DNA of 64,000 nucleotides from Cytophagales bacterium (GTDB lineage Bacteria > Bacteroidota > Bacteroidia > Cytophagales > Microscillaceae): NCBI GenBank assembly GCA_031425615.1, contig JANPJR010000030.1, positions 82,492 to 146,491 on the forward strand. Reading direction: 5' to 3'. The notes under the pieces were generated by a model that did no database searches, was not told the origin of the DNA, and worked only from the letters and a program-made list of their open reading frames with translations. The position numbers and the translations under genes are program-made. Positions 1 through 11,469 of the stretch are shown in pieces; the first letter of the stretch is position 1; every line of letters starts with the position of its first letter.

Positions 1-543
1 ATAAGTGCTTTTAAATCATTACCATTTAGGTCTAATATTTTGAGGTAAATCAGTTGTCCAATATTAGAATGAAGTTTTTTGATGCGATTTTTTCCCAAAA
101 ACAGATATTGCAATTTAGTACAAGCATTAATATTTTCAGGCACACTAAGCAAGCGGTTATTTTGCATTTCAAGGAGTTGCAAATTTTTAAGTTGTTCTAT
201 TTCTTCAGGGATTTCAGTAAGACCTTCTGCGGAAATTTTCAATACTTTTACCTCGTCAGGGCTTTTAAGGGCTTCATTCATAGACGTAAAATGTTTTTCA
301 CGCTCAAGTTGCTCCCAAGTCAATAAACCTTCACGTATAGATTTATCCGTTTTGAATGCTTTTTGAATATTATTTCTGCTTGTTTTAAATGTTTCAGGCA
401 TAAAAACAAACATAAAAAGCAATAAAATTACCCCAAGAGGCAAAATCAATCTTGGCAACATACCAATAAAATCAAAAATATTGTTAATATTTCTATTTGG
501 GCGACCATTTGTATTACCTGGGTTTGGCGGGTTTAACTCCATT
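1..543 (-). CDS. Leucine-rich-repeat protein. It has an N-terminal TM segment then LRRs, and is partial because it continues past the window start.
   Basis: I translated the reverse strand from the ATG at 543. It gives MELNPPNPGNTNGRPN..., a hydrophobic stretch (LPRLILPLGVILLLFMFVF), then LxxLxLxxNxL units (LKNLQLLEMQNNRLLSVPENI..., LQYLFLGKNRIKKL..., LKILDLNGNDL). There is no stop before position 1. It is absent from the ORF track because it is incomplete. Confidence 0.55.
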
Positions 544-709
544 TTGTATATTTATTATTATGTGATTTTTGGTAAATAACTACAGTTTTTTGAAATGTTT
601 TTTGAAATTTTTATTCATACAAAAAAATCTTTTTTACAAAAATATAAAATTCCAAAGCAAATACACCAAATATTACCAAAAAATGGGCTTTCTTCTGGTT
701 TCAAAATTT

Positions 710-1525
710 TTATTTCTCCAACAATTCACTTTTTATACGCGTTGTAGGCTCTTTTTTGGTTTCTGCAATATTTTTCCCTTTGCTTACTTTTTCAAAAGTT
801 TTTTCGTAATCTTCGTGATTTGTACCCATTATTCTATCCCAAAAATTAAAATAAAGCCCATAATTTTTATGCACAAATTGATGGTGCATATTGTGGTGTG
901 TGGGCGTAGTGTACCATTTTGAAACTGGATTTTTCAAAAAACTTTTCGGATTATATTCAAAACCTGAATGTCCAAGCACATTCATCAACATCATATACAT
1001 TAAAAAAATCAACCAAGCCAAAAGATGCGTAGGCATTAAAAAAATCAATATTGGGGCAAAGCCAATCTCTATAAATGCTTCCAAAGGATGAAATGCAAAA
1101 GCTGTCCAAGGCGTAGGATTATGTGAAGTATGATGTATCAAATGCACTTTTTTATAAATTTTTGGGTGGTGCATAAGACGGTGTGTCCAATAAAAATAAG
1201 TGTCATGTATCAGAATAATTGCCAAAATACTAAACCAAAAATAACCTACGCCCCACGTATCAATATTTTTGTACATCAATGTAATACCTAAGGAATTGCA
1301 CCAAAGCATGAGTACAATTACCCCACCAAATATCAAACATGTAAGCATAGAATATTGGAAATCTGCCCACATTTTGGCTTTTTCAGGGTATTTTATTTGG
1401 TTTTTGTAGGGAAACCATGCTTTTTTTCGCCACACATAAAAAATTAAATACGCCAAACCTGCAAATATTGTGTAACGTAATATCTGCATCACAGTTGGTA
1501 ACAAAAACATCAAGTATTCTTTCAT
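710..1525 (-). CDS. Fatty acid hydroxylase / sterol desaturase family membrane protein
   Basis: Three His boxes are present (HRLMHH, HLIHHTSH, HHNMHH). The protein has multiple hydrophobic segments and is 271 aa. Confidence 0.8.
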   Translation of the reverse strand: MKEYLMFLLPTVMQILRYTIFAGLAYLIFYVWRKKAWFPYKNQIKYPEKAKMWADFQYSMLTCLIFGGVIVLMLWCNSLGITLMYKNIDTWGVGYFWFSILAIILIHDTYFYWTHRLMHHPKIYKKVHLIHHTSHNPTPWTAFAFHPLEAFIEIGFAPILIFLMPTHLLAWLIFLMYMMLMNVLGHSGFEYNPKSFLKNPVSKWYTTPTHHNMHHQFVHKNYGLYFNFWDRIMGTNHEDYEKTFEKVSKGKNIAETKKEPTTRIKSELLEK

Positions 1526-1633
1526 TAGGATTTAGGGTTTATTTTTTAGCACTTTTAAATGCTTTGGTTTTGACTTTTTAGCACGTCAAAAGTTTAATTT
1601 TCTAATATATTACGTTTATTTTTTAAATTTATT

Positions 1634-1662
1634 TTGTTTTTAAATGATAACTATTATCTTTG
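1634..1662 (+). promoter_or_regulatory. Candidate Bacteroidetes-type sigmaA promoter (TTG-N18-TATCTTTG) for the regulator-katG pair
   Basis: TTG at 1634-1636, an 18-nt spacer, then TATCTTTG at 1655-1662, which matches the TAnnTTTG -7 consensus. It lies about 50 nt upstream of the 1712 start. Direct repeats AATTACTAAGTAC / AATTATTAAGTAC follow at 1668-1708 and may be an operator. Confidence 0.35.
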
Positions 1663-1711
1663 CATAATAATTACTAAGTACGAATTACTAAATATGAATT
1701 ATTAAGTACAA

Positions 1712-2125
1712 ATGAATAAAGATTTTATAGAAAAACTACAAGAAAAAGGCTTAAAAGTTACCCCCCAACGTATGGCTATTTTTGATGCTATCATCACATT
1801 GGGCAATCACCCAACTGCTGACGATATTGTGGCATTTATCAAAAATAACCACCCAAATATTTCAGTAGGAACGGTTTATAAAGTGTTGCATACTTTTGTA
1901 GAAAATAACCTGCTCAAAAAGGTAAAAACCGAAAAAGATATTATGCGTTATGACCCTTATCTCTCGCATCACCATCATTTGTATTGTGCTGATACTGAAC
2001 GCATTGAAGATTTTGAAGATGAAACATTGAATAAAATCATTAGTGATTATTTTGAAAAAAATAAAATTGCAAACTTCAACATTCAAGACATAAAACTTCA
2101 AATCACAGGGAAATTTCAACATTAA
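1712..2125 (+). CDS. Fur-family transcriptional regulator, probably a PerR-like peroxide sensor
   Basis: 137 aa. The N-terminal winged-helix region (PQRMAIFDAI...) and the HHHHLYC metal-binding stretch are typical of the Fur family. It sits directly upstream of katG on the same strand. Confidence 0.8.
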   Translation: MNKDFIEKLQEKGLKVTPQRMAIFDAIITLGNHPTADDIVAFIKNNHPNISVGTVYKVLHTFVENNLLKKVKTEKDIMRYDPYLSHHHHLYCADTERIEDFEDETLNKIISDYFEKNKIANFNIQDIKLQITGKFQH

Positions 2126-2177
2126 AATTAGAAAAATTTAACAAAAAATAAATATAAAACACAAAAAATTAAATTAA

Positions 2178-4394
<2,217 letters not shown>

Positions 4395-4419
4395 ATTTAA
4401 GTATTTCCTATAAAAAAAA

Positions 4420-4456
4420 CCAGCCAAATTTTTGAAAATTTGGCTGGTTTTTTTGT
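4420..4456 (+). terminator. Rho-independent terminator after katG
   Basis: CCAGCCAAATTT-ttgaaa-AATTTGGCTGG forms a perfect 12-bp stem and is followed by a T-run. Confidence 0.7.
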
Positions 4457-4485
4457 TTTAATATATTTGGTGGATTAAAATATAT

Positions 4486-5127
4486 TTGGTAGATTTGTAT
4501 GAAAGCATGCAACAAATCAGAATGATCATTGATGAAACTCAACTAATAAATTCAAAAATAATATATATGCCACTTATAGGGAATACCACTACCATTATGA
4601 ATTATTATACTTTTGGATTGCCAACACATCAAACTTTACCAATCATAACCTATCAGTTTAACATAGTGGATAATCATATCTATATACCTGGCGATTATGT
4701 AGGCAGAGACCAAGTAGGAGACCCACATTACCCAGAACAAGCGATTTGGCTCAATAGTCTAAAAAATCAAATAAAAATTGAAGAAGTTTGGTATGGGTGT
4801 TGGAAACTACATACAGAAAAAGATGTTGAAGAATTTATCAACCTCTTAAAAATAAGTGATGTTCTTATTACATTTTCCATAGATTATGAAATATCTGGAA
4901 GGTTTGATAAAGATGAACAAGGTTGGTGTTATGATAGAATATCTTTAATTTGTGTTGATGGAAAAAACGTAAAAATACGCAATTATTCTGGTGTAAATGA
5001 CACTGTATATGCTGATAATACACAAGATGCTACTATAAACCAGAAAGAATCGCAAAAAATTCATTTAAAATATAAGAACAATAATTCAAAAGTTATTTTA
5101 GATTTAGCAACACAAAAATTATTATAG
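4486..5127 (+). CDS. Hypothetical protein (213 aa) with no recognisable motif
   Basis: Clean ORF in its own intergenic slot between the katG terminator and waaA. The composition looks coding. No family was recognised. Confidence 0.45.
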   Translation: MVDLYESMQQIRMIIDETQLINSKIIYMPLIGNTTTIMNYYTFGLPTHQTLPIITYQFNIVDNHIYIPGDYVGRDQVGDPHYPEQAIWLNSLKNQIKIEEVWYGCWKLHTEKDVEEFINLLKISDVLITFSIDYEISGRFDKDEQGWCYDRISLICVDGKNVKIRNYSGVNDTVYADNTQDATINQKESQKIHLKYKNNNSKVILDLATQKLL

Positions 5128-5214
5128 AAAATTAACAATTTTGAAAATAAATTCAACTATTGCAAAAAACATTCAAAAAATACATTCAAAAAAACAAAAC
5201 TTTCAAGAATACAG

Positions 5215-6477
5215 TTATTTCTCTTTCTCCAAAATCCTTTTTACTGCATTAAATATTTTTTGTGTACCGCCAAGATGTTTTTCTACATATTTTTTACAAA
5301 TATTGCCTACTTCTTGTCGTTTTTGTTCGTCCAAATAAAGCCTATCAAAAACCACATCTAATTCGTTGGTTGTGCCAACCGAAAATGCACCCATATCCTC
5401 CACCAAATCCACTGCTTCGGGAAATTCCTCAAAATCTTCGCCAAAAAAAATAGGCACACCAAATGTTGCAGGCTCCAAAATATTGTGCAAACCTTCACCA
5501 AAAGCACCACCAACATACGAAAAATCTGCATATTGATATACCATTGCCAACATACCCACATTATCCAATAAAATAATATTTTCCTGTTCAATCGTATTAT
5601 AATCTATTTTGGAATAGCGAATTGGCTTTTTCTCCAATTCTTTTTCCAAACGCAAAAGCGTATGTTCATATATTTCGTGTGGAGCAATTACCACTTTCAA
5701 AGGGTGTTTAAATTGGTTTAAAAAGGGTATCAAAATATTCAAATCCCTTTCCCAACAACTCCCAATAACCAATAATTTATCTGTACCTTTAAATTTTTCA
5801 ATGCTTGGAATTGTATGCGTATTGTGTGCTGTTTCGGTTACACGGTCAAAACGTGTATCACCCACACTTTCTACATTATAAAAACCAAATTTTTCTAATA
5901 ATTCCACCGAATCATCTTCTTGCACAAAAATCTCTGTAAAATTTTTTAAAACTTGTCTAAACGCAATGCCATACGCCTGAAAAATAAAATATTGAGGACG
6001 AAACAATGCGGAAAATAAAATAATAGGGATTTTTCTTTTTTGAATTTCCATTAAAAAATAAAACCAAAAATCATATTTTACCCAAAAAACTGCTTTTGGC
6101 TTTACAATTTCCAAAAAATATTTTGCATTTTGTGGTGTATCCAAAGGCAAATAAAAGGCTTCATCAATCAGTTCGTCATGTTGGCGTACCTCAAAACCCG
6201 AGGGCGAAAAAAATGTTACCAAAAAAAGTGGTTTTTCTTTCCGTCTTTTTGCATAATTTTTTAATTGTTGTAAAAGCGGTCGCCCTTGTTCATACTCACC
6301 CAAAGAAGAAGCATGAAGCCACCACACAGGGCGTTGATTTTGTTCAAATTTATCGCTGAGATTTTTTTTCCAGTTTTTTCGTCCTTTTATCCAAAGAGAT
6401 GCTTTTTTATTAAAAAAAGAAAACAAAAAAATGAAGAAACCATAAAAACGAATACCCAAACCGTAGAGAAATAACAT
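5215..6477 (-). CDS. waaA: 3-deoxy-D-manno-octulosonic acid (Kdo) transferase
   Basis: 420 aa. The N-terminal WWLHASSLGEYEQGRPLL matches the conserved WxHxxSxGE region of KdtA/WaaA. The C-terminal half is glycosyltransferase-like. Confidence 0.85.
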   Translation of the reverse strand: MLFLYGLGIRFYGFFIFLFSFFNKKASLWIKGRKNWKKNLSDKFEQNQRPVWWLHASSLGEYEQGRPLLQQLKNYAKRRKEKPLFLVTFFSPSGFEVRQHDELIDEAFYLPLDTPQNAKYFLEIVKPKAVFWVKYDFWFYFLMEIQKRKIPIILFSALFRPQYFIFQAYGIAFRQVLKNFTEIFVQEDDSVELLEKFGFYNVESVGDTRFDRVTETAHNTHTIPSIEKFKGTDKLLVIGSCWERDLNILIPFLNQFKHPLKVVIAPHEIYEHTLLRLEKELEKKPIRYSKIDYNTIEQENIILLDNVGMLAMVYQYADFSYVGGAFGEGLHNILEPATFGVPIFFGEDFEEFPEAVDLVEDMGAFSVGTTNELDVVFDRLYLDEQKRQEVGNICKKYVEKHLGGTQKIFNAVKRILEKEK

Positions 6478-6588
6478 GAATTAGGAATTAAGAATTTTTA
6501 TAACTGTTTAAGTTTAAGAAATCATTTACCTTATTTTACGCTTATAAGGAATTTAAACCTTTATAAGCGTTTTTAAAAGTATCTTTGC

Positions 6589-8019
6589 TTAAAAAGCAAA
6601 TGAAAAATATCCTCTTTCGCCTTCTTTTGAAATGCCTTCAATGATAACACGACCTTGTGCTTCGGTAAGGTATTTTTCTACATCTTGTGGTGTATCTACA
6701 TTTTTTTTATTAATCACCAAGATAATAAATCCCTCTGGAATACGTCTCAACACACCTTTTTTACTTTTGAGTACACGCACACCATTTGGTACGTCATATT
6801 TTTCTTTTTCTATTTTAGAAATCACTTCCATTTCTGCACCTATTATTTCAGAGGTGTAAGTTAGTGATTTCAAAATCTCTGTTGTGCCTTCTTTATTGGT
6901 AAGTGTAATATTGATTTCTTTTATTTGCTTATTACGTTTGTAGCTAAGGCGAATTTTATCACTTGGGCGGTAATAACTCAATAATTCTTCAAAATTACTT
7001 TTGCCCATTACTGCATCTTGATTTACTTTCAAAATAATATCGCCTTCTTGTAAACCTGCTTTTTGTGCTTCACTATTTTTGTCAATTTGTGTAACTACAG
7101 CTCCTTCATAGTTTTCAGTATTAAGGGCATATTTTTTGGCAAGCTCATTGTTCAAATCTGCAACTTGTAGCCCTGCGAATGCTTTTTGCACAGACTTATA
7201 TTTAACCAAATCCGCAAAAACTTTACCCACAATATCCACAGGTACAGCAAAACCATATCCTGTATAATAACCCGTACGCGACATAATGGCAGTATTGATA
7301 CCTACAAGTTCGCCTTTGGCATTCACCAATGCACCGCCACTATTGCCTGGATTGATGGCTGCGTCAGTTTGTATAAAAGATTCCAACGGAAATTGACCGC
7401 TAATGAGTTGAATATCACGCCCTTTAGCACTCACAATACCTGCGGTAACCGTAGATGTAAGGTTAAGCGGATTGCCTACTGCAAGCACCCATTCACCTAC
7501 TTGCAAATCCTTAGAACTACCTCTTTTGATGGCTGGAAAGCCTTTTCCTTCTATTTTTATCACTGCCAAATCCGCAGAGGGGTCTGTACCTATTACTTTG
7601 CCCACGTATGATTTTTTTTGGTGGATTACTTCTATTTTCTGGGCATTTTCTATTACGTGATTATTGGTAACAATATAGCCATCTTCTGTAAAAATCACGC
7701 CTGAACCTGAGCCAGCGATTTGCCTTTGTCCGCCACCACCATCAAAAAAAAGGTCAAACATACTGTAACTTGGTTGTGCTTCTGCGGTAGTTTTGATAAA
7801 TACTACACTTGCAGTGCTTATGCGTGAGGCATCTACAAAATCATTTGCACCTACGGGCATATATTTCACTTGTTGGACAGGAATATGTGTATTTTGGGCT
7901 AAATTATCTGTTTTATTAACATTTACAAATAAATATGAAGCAATTATCTGCCAAGACATTGCCCCAAAAATACCTGCTACGAATGCGATTGCAACGTTAT
8001 TTTTTATGTAATTTATCAT
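6589..8019 (-). CDS. htrA: Do-family periplasmic serine endopeptidase (HtrA/DegQ-like) with two PDZ domains
   Basis: The catalytic triad contexts are present (VTNNHV, DLAVIKIE, GNSGGALVN). The protein is 476 aa with an N-terminal signal/TM and a C-terminal region long enough for two PDZ domains. Confidence 0.9.
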   Translation of the reverse strand: MINYIKNNVAIAFVAGIFGAMSWQIIASYLFVNVNKTDNLAQNTHIPVQQVKYMPVGANDFVDASRISTASVVFIKTTAEAQPSYSMFDLFFDGGGGQRQIAGSGSGVIFTEDGYIVTNNHVIENAQKIEVIHQKKSYVGKVIGTDPSADLAVIKIEGKGFPAIKRGSSKDLQVGEWVLAVGNPLNLTSTVTAGIVSAKGRDIQLISGQFPLESFIQTDAAINPGNSGGALVNAKGELVGINTAIMSRTGYYTGYGFAVPVDIVGKVFADLVKYKSVQKAFAGLQVADLNNELAKKYALNTENYEGAVVTQIDKNSEAQKAGLQEGDIILKVNQDAVMGKSNFEELLSYYRPSDKIRLSYKRNKQIKEINITLTNKEGTTEILKSLTYTSEIIGAEMEVISKIEKEKYDVPNGVRVLKSKKGVLRRIPEGFIILVINKKNVDTPQDVEKYLTEAQGRVIIEGISKEGERGYFSFAF

Positions 8020-8076
8020 TTTGATTTATGATTTTTTATATTTTTTTACTAAAAAATTTTAAATTATTTTTTCAAG

Positions 8077-8640
8077 TTAAAAAATTAGAAGCACTTTTTT
8101 CTTAGAAATTTGTTCAAAAAGTGGTTTTAATAATTGTTTTGCATTTATTTGTGTTTGTTCCAAAATATTGGATTGTTCTGCGGTTTTTTTAATGGCTTTT
8201 TCTGCCTCTTTGTATGCCCTTCCAAACAAAGCGGAGGAGTTGGTTGTGAGGTAAAAACTGTCATAAATGCGTGTATTTTTTTGGTCAATTTTGTAATAAC
8301 AAATTTCGGGTTTTGGCATATTGACAATGAGTGAATCGTTTCTTTCAACAATATCATTTTTCCTGATTTTCTTCAAATCTACACAGCCAACTGCCTCACC
8401 TGCCACAATCAACACCACTTTATCCGTAGAAATCGCACCTACTTCTTTGTGTTCATACACATCACGAAAAGTATATTTTACCAATTCCAATTTGCCCAAA
8501 TCCTCTACTTTTTCCAGCACAATATTATGAATATCTATTTTTTGCGTTTGCAAAAAACCACCCAAAAAACCTAAATTGTGTGCCTGCCAGCCAAAAAAAA
8601 GCAAAACTAAGGCAATAAATGTAAAAAAAAGGTATTTCAT
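8077..8640 (-). CDS. Hypothetical membrane-anchored protein (possibly DUF4230-like)
   Basis: 187 aa with an N-terminal TM (FFTFIALVLLFFGW). I attribute it to the DUF4230 family from memory only. Confidence 0.45.
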   Translation of the reverse strand: MKYLFFTFIALVLLFFGWQAHNLGFLGGFLQTQKIDIHNIVLEKVEDLGKLELVKYTFRDVYEHKEVGAISTDKVVLIVAGEAVGCVDLKKIRKNDIVERNDSLIVNMPKPEICYYKIDQKNTRIYDSFYLTTNSSALFGRAYKEAEKAIKKTAEQSNILEQTQINAKQLLKPLFEQISKKKVLLIF

Positions 8641-8717
8641 TTTTTAATGGTTTTTAAAAGTTATTTTTAGTTAAAAAAAATAATATCGGTGGTTGATATT
8701 GGTATTTATTTTTTCAA

Positions 8718-8760
8718 CAATTTGCACAAAATTACGCCAATATTTTGCATTTACAAAGTA
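8718..8760 (+). repeat. 43-bp direct repeat, copy 1 (ACAAAATTACGCCAATATTTTGCATTTACAAAGTAAAAAAAAA)
   Basis: It matches 9376-9418 at 41 of 43 positions. It contains TTG-N16-TATTTTG, which resembles a Bacteroidetes promoter. Confidence 0.7.
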
Positions 8761-9375
8761 AAAAAAAAGTGTTTTTTTTATGATAACCTTTGAAAAATAG
8801 GAAAATAAGTGAAATAATAAAGATTTCTTTTCAATTTTGAACTCTTATTCGGAAATATATCAAGGTTATATGCTATTTAATAAACGACTTTTTTAAGTAA
8901 AAATTGGTTTATTTAAGTATTTGTGCTATTTTTTATAGGGCTACCGCACCAAATTAGGGGGTTTTTAAGTATTTTAGAGGATTATTTATAATTTTGAGGT
9001 AAAATAACCCATAAAAAACAACTTTTTTTGGTGTTTGAAGATAAAAAAATTACAAATTTATTTAAAAAACCTTCAAATTAGGTGCGAGAGGCATTTTGAT
9101 TGGTGCAGAAGCCCTACATAAGTTGGGCTTTAGGAATGCAAGTTCATGTTTGCAATTTAGACCAAGATTATAATGGAACAATTGAAGATTGGGCAAAGTT
9201 GTACCTTAAATATTTTGTATTGCAAGTTCACAGACGTTCAGAATACATGATTAAAGAGTACGCAAAACCGTTTGAAAACTATGTTAACTATTAAAAACAC
9301 GAATAAACTGATTAAATTTACAAAAAATATTTTTATAGAAAAACGCTAAAATGATAAATATTGCTGAATTTACAC

Positions 9376-9418
9376 AAAATTACACCAATATTTTGCATTT
9401 ATAAAGTAAAAAAAAATC
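9376..9418 (+). repeat. 43-bp direct repeat, copy 2
   Basis: Same sequence as 8718-8760 with 2 mismatches. The two copies bracket a ~615-bp stretch with no convincing ORF. Confidence 0.7.
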
Positions 9419-9462
9419 ATAAAAAAAACTATTTTTTTTACGATTTTTTTTGTTATTTACTC

Positions 9463-10227
9463 TTAGAAACTTGTACCACCTGATACTTCTATTCTTTGTG
9501 CGTTAATCCATTTTGCATCTTCTGTACAAAGAAATGCCACTACACCACCAATGTCATCAGCGTAGCCTACTCTAGCAAGTGAAGTGATAGAGGCAATATA
9601 GTCATTTACAGCTTTATTATCTCTTACTGTACCACCACCAAAATCTGTTGCTATTGCACCAGGAGCAACTACATTTACCCTAATTCCTTTGCTACCAAAA
9701 TATTTTGCTTGGTATTTTGTCAAAGTTTCCACGCCACCTTTCATAGTAGCGTATGCATCATAACCCGACATGGTAAATCTTGCCAAACCTGACGAAATAT
9801 TTACAATTCCACCTCCATCATTCATTATCACAGAAAGTTTTTGGGTAAGGAAAAAAGGTGCTTTCAAGTGAATATTAACCATATTGTCAAATTGCTCTTC
9901 AGTAGTTTCACCAAAACTTGCATGAACACCAACACCTGCATTATTGATAAGAAAATCAAATGTATTTGTTTGGAATTTCGATTGCAAAGCAGCAGTTACA
10001 TTTTTTACAAACGCATCATAAGAATCCGATTTTGATACATCAAGTTGCAACGCAATGGCTTTTTTTCCGCTTGCTTCTATTTCTTTTACTATATTTTCTG
10101 CTTCCTCTTTTTTGCTGTGGTATGTGATAATCACGTCCAAACCTTTTTTTGCCAATTGCAAAGCCATGTCTTTACCAAGTCCACGACTTCCACCTGTTAC
10201 TAAGGCTATTTTTGAGATATTTGCCAT
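9463..10227 (-). CDS. Short-chain dehydrogenase/reductase (SDR) family oxidoreductase
   Basis: N-terminal VTGGSRGLGKDMA (TGxxxGxG), NAG motif, catalytic YxxxK (YATMK). 254 aa. Confidence 0.9.
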   Translation of the reverse strand: MANISKIALVTGGSRGLGKDMALQLAKKGLDVIITYHSKKEEAENIVKEIEASGKKAIALQLDVSKSDSYDAFVKNVTAALQSKFQTNTFDFLINNAGVGVHASFGETTEEQFDNMVNIHLKAPFFLTQKLSVIMNDGGGIVNISSGLARFTMSGYDAYATMKGGVETLTKYQAKYFGSKGIRVNVVAPGAIATDFGGGTVRDNKAVNDYIASITSLARVGYADDIGGVVAFLCTEDAKWINAQRIEVSGGTSF

Positions 10228-10376
10228 TTTTAAGATATTTTGTTAAGAATTTTTAGGAATTTTAATGTTTTTATAAAAAGTTATTTAAAACGAATTATCA
10301 TTATAGTATAATTTGCATTAAACTTGTTGCAAAATTGCCAAAAAGAATTTAATCTGTGCTTACAATATTCAATGTA

Positions 10377-11327
10377 TTATTTGTAAAAATCAAATAATTG
10401 CGTTCTGTAATGCAAAGGCGAAACATTTGTTTGTTTTTTAAAAAAATTAGAAAAATGTGCTACTTCTTCAAAACCAAGGCTAAACGCTATTTCAGATACA
10501 TTCCAAGTTGTGTGTGTTAGGAGTTCTTTCCCTTCTTGTGCAATTCTTTTGGCAATGATTTCGCTGGTGGTTTTGCCTGTGATTTCTTTTAATATTTTAT
10601 TCAAATGATTTGTATGTACTTTCAAGATATCTGCGTACATTTTGGCAGTTTTTAGGTGCAAAATCTGTGTAGGAGATGAAATTGGAAATTGGCGTTCAAG
10701 CAATTCAATAAACAGCGTAAAAATACGTGTAGAAGCATTTATACTATTTCCAGAGGGTGTTATTGGTTTTAATTTTTGTCCGAGATGAATTAATTCAATG
10801 ACATAATTACGCAATAAATCATATTTGAAAATATATTCTGAATGGATTTCTTTCTGCATTTTTGCAAAAATAAATTCAAATTCCGCTGTTTGTGGCGGTG
10901 TAATTTGATACACAAAATCACTATTGGGGTTAAAAATAGGGACTTCATCAATAATCAGCCCACTATTTGCTTTTGTGATAAAATCTTTATCAAAAACACA
11001 AAAACAACCTGACTGTGCTTGGTCTTGGGAAATATACCTATACGGAATTTTGGGTGTTGCAAACAAGATTGCACTTTTATCTATATCAATCATTCTATCC
11101 GCATATTCTACTTTATTTTTTCCTTTTATAAGGCTTATTTTATAGTATGCTCTACGATTATAGGGCATGATAAATTTTTCAGGGGCTACATTTTGCAATG
11201 TTTCAATATCAAATATATTAAAATGCCCAATATTTTGGTTGTGGTTATTTTCCAAAAATTTATTCATTTCAGCATTATTTTCCCCAAAAATATCTGTATA
11301 AAAATCTTTTAATGTGGTTATTTTCAT
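10377..11327 (-). CDS. AraC-family transcriptional regulator
   Basis: The C-terminal dual HTH (ILKEITGKTTSEIIAKRIAQEGKELL...VSEIAFSLGFEEVAHFSNFFKK) is canonical AraC. 316 aa. Confidence 0.85.
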   Translation of the reverse strand: MKITTLKDFYTDIFGENNAEMNKFLENNHNQNIGHFNIFDIETLQNVAPEKFIMPYNRRAYYKISLIKGKNKVEYADRMIDIDKSAILFATPKIPYRYISQDQAQSGCFCVFDKDFITKANSGLIIDEVPIFNPNSDFVYQITPPQTAEFEFIFAKMQKEIHSEYIFKYDLLRNYVIELIHLGQKLKPITPSGNSINASTRIFTLFIELLERQFPISSPTQILHLKTAKMYADILKVHTNHLNKILKEITGKTTSEIIAKRIAQEGKELLTHTTWNVSEIAFSLGFEEVAHFSNFFKKQTNVSPLHYRTQLFDFYK

Positions 11328-11469
11328 TGTAATTTTGAATTTTCATTATTTGTAAAAATCAAATTTTTTTACAAAGAAGCATTGTTTTTTCTAATTTAAA
11401 AAATAAAAAAGCATTTTCCTTTTTACAGAAAAATGCTTTTTTATTTTTTACAAAACTAATAATTTAGAT

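Noticed and set aside
9100-9294. 64-codon ORF in the 8641-9462 intergenic island
   Set aside because: It has no recognisable start context and no motif, and it sits in a region better explained as non-coding (direct repeats and a possible RNA stem). It is kept only as part of the finding.
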